A stretch of DNA of 63,534 nt, counting the filler, from Octopus bimaculoides (taxonomy: Eukaryota): assembly GCF_001194135.2 (NCBI RefSeq). It is 10 parts of 10 records of this genome, joined end to end, with 100 filler letters (N's around TTAATTAATTAA, not from the genome) between each part and the next. Parts side by side here need not be neighbours in the genome. Positions count along the whole stretch, not along the records: positions 62,202 to 63,534 come from NC_068990.1; 9 more parts are not named here. One strand, 5' to 3'. Positions 62,881 to 63,534 of this stretch are shown here, piece by piece; the first letter of the stretch is position 1, and every line of letters begins with the position of its first letter. The position numbers and the translations under genes are program-made. Below the pieces are notes generated by a model. The model saw only the letters and a program-made list of their open reading frames with translations, searched no databases and was not told the origin of the DNA.

Positions 62881-63534
62881 GTTTCTTTAATAGCCACACA
62901 GGTCTCAACACAGAGTGGACAAAATACAAATGTAGAGTTTTTCTTTTCGAGGGGGTCGAAAACAAAGAAAAAAAACAAAAGTTGGGACAACGATGAAAAA
63001 AAGACATCGCAAAACGTTTGGGGTATTTACAAAAAATACGAAACAATACAAAAAATTCCCAATAAATGGGGAGGTTATCCGTGGAAAGAAAAACCTACGA
63101 AAAGACCACGGTAACCTCGGTCTTTAGTGTCACAGTTTGTTAAATAAAATTTCTTTTATTTAAGCAAGAAACGTTAGTAACACTCTGTTTACAAAATTTT
63201 AAAATATTTTATAGAATCATGGTCAAGGTGGCTTCGTCATTTATACGTGCCATTCTTGCTACATGTATCCATCTTTTTTCGAAACATTTCTTAGACAACA
63301 CTTGCCTCTCTACTCTCACCTTCCTTTTCAAGTGATACTTGAAAAAGTTGATGAGAGATTGACCAGAGAGGAAAGTATTTGTCTCTAATCCTTTCAAACG
63401 CGTCCACCAGATGCATTCTTTGGCCATAGCTACAAGTACGATAAATAAAGCTCTTCCTTCCCGTTTAAAGGAAGGAGGCGTGACGATATTGAAGATAGAC
63501 TCGGTTGATAAACCGACTCGTCCCACACGCGACA
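62881..63534 (-). mobile_element. L1/Tx1-type LINE 3' end (ORF2 terminus, 3' UTR)
   Basis: ORF 63209-63526 (..AMAKECIWWTRLKG...HLKRKVRVERQVLSKKCFEKRW) resembles Tx1 ORF2 tails. The UTR ends ..ctattaaagaaac next to (CTAT)n. It runs off the window edge. Confidence 0.7.

Overview
This is AT-rich, microsatellite-dense eukaryotic genomic DNA with many N gaps. The repeat families suggest an octopod cephalopod such as Octopus (inference). Nine artificial 100-bp spacers (N44-TTAATTAATTAA-N44) split the window into 10 separately assembled segments, so adjacency across them is not guaranteed. Two host genes are supported, both partial and on the + strand: the last four coding exons of HCFC1 (FnIII repeats plus basic NLS, 23680-27897) and the terminal exon of SRD5A3/polyprenol reductase (34255-34513). 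The rest is mostly mobile-element debris: Penelope-like GIY-YIG elements, RTE, Tx1/L1 and R4-like LINE fragments, two Ty3/Gypsy fragments, tRNA-derived SINEs and MITEs. The most notable signal is a ~350-bp non-coding insertion (44413-44764) flanked by a 14-bp direct repeat. It is built of consecutive hairpins and carries a type I hammerhead-ribozyme motif with a palindromic stem III, making it a retrozyme-like candidate. Two further hammerhead-like motifs with an unusually long stem II sit in Penelope-associated AT-rich repeats (18686-18803 on -, 57889-58001 on +). Most ORFs in the supplied track are artefacts of simple repeats or N runs. All calls were made by eye; no database search or folding computation was run.
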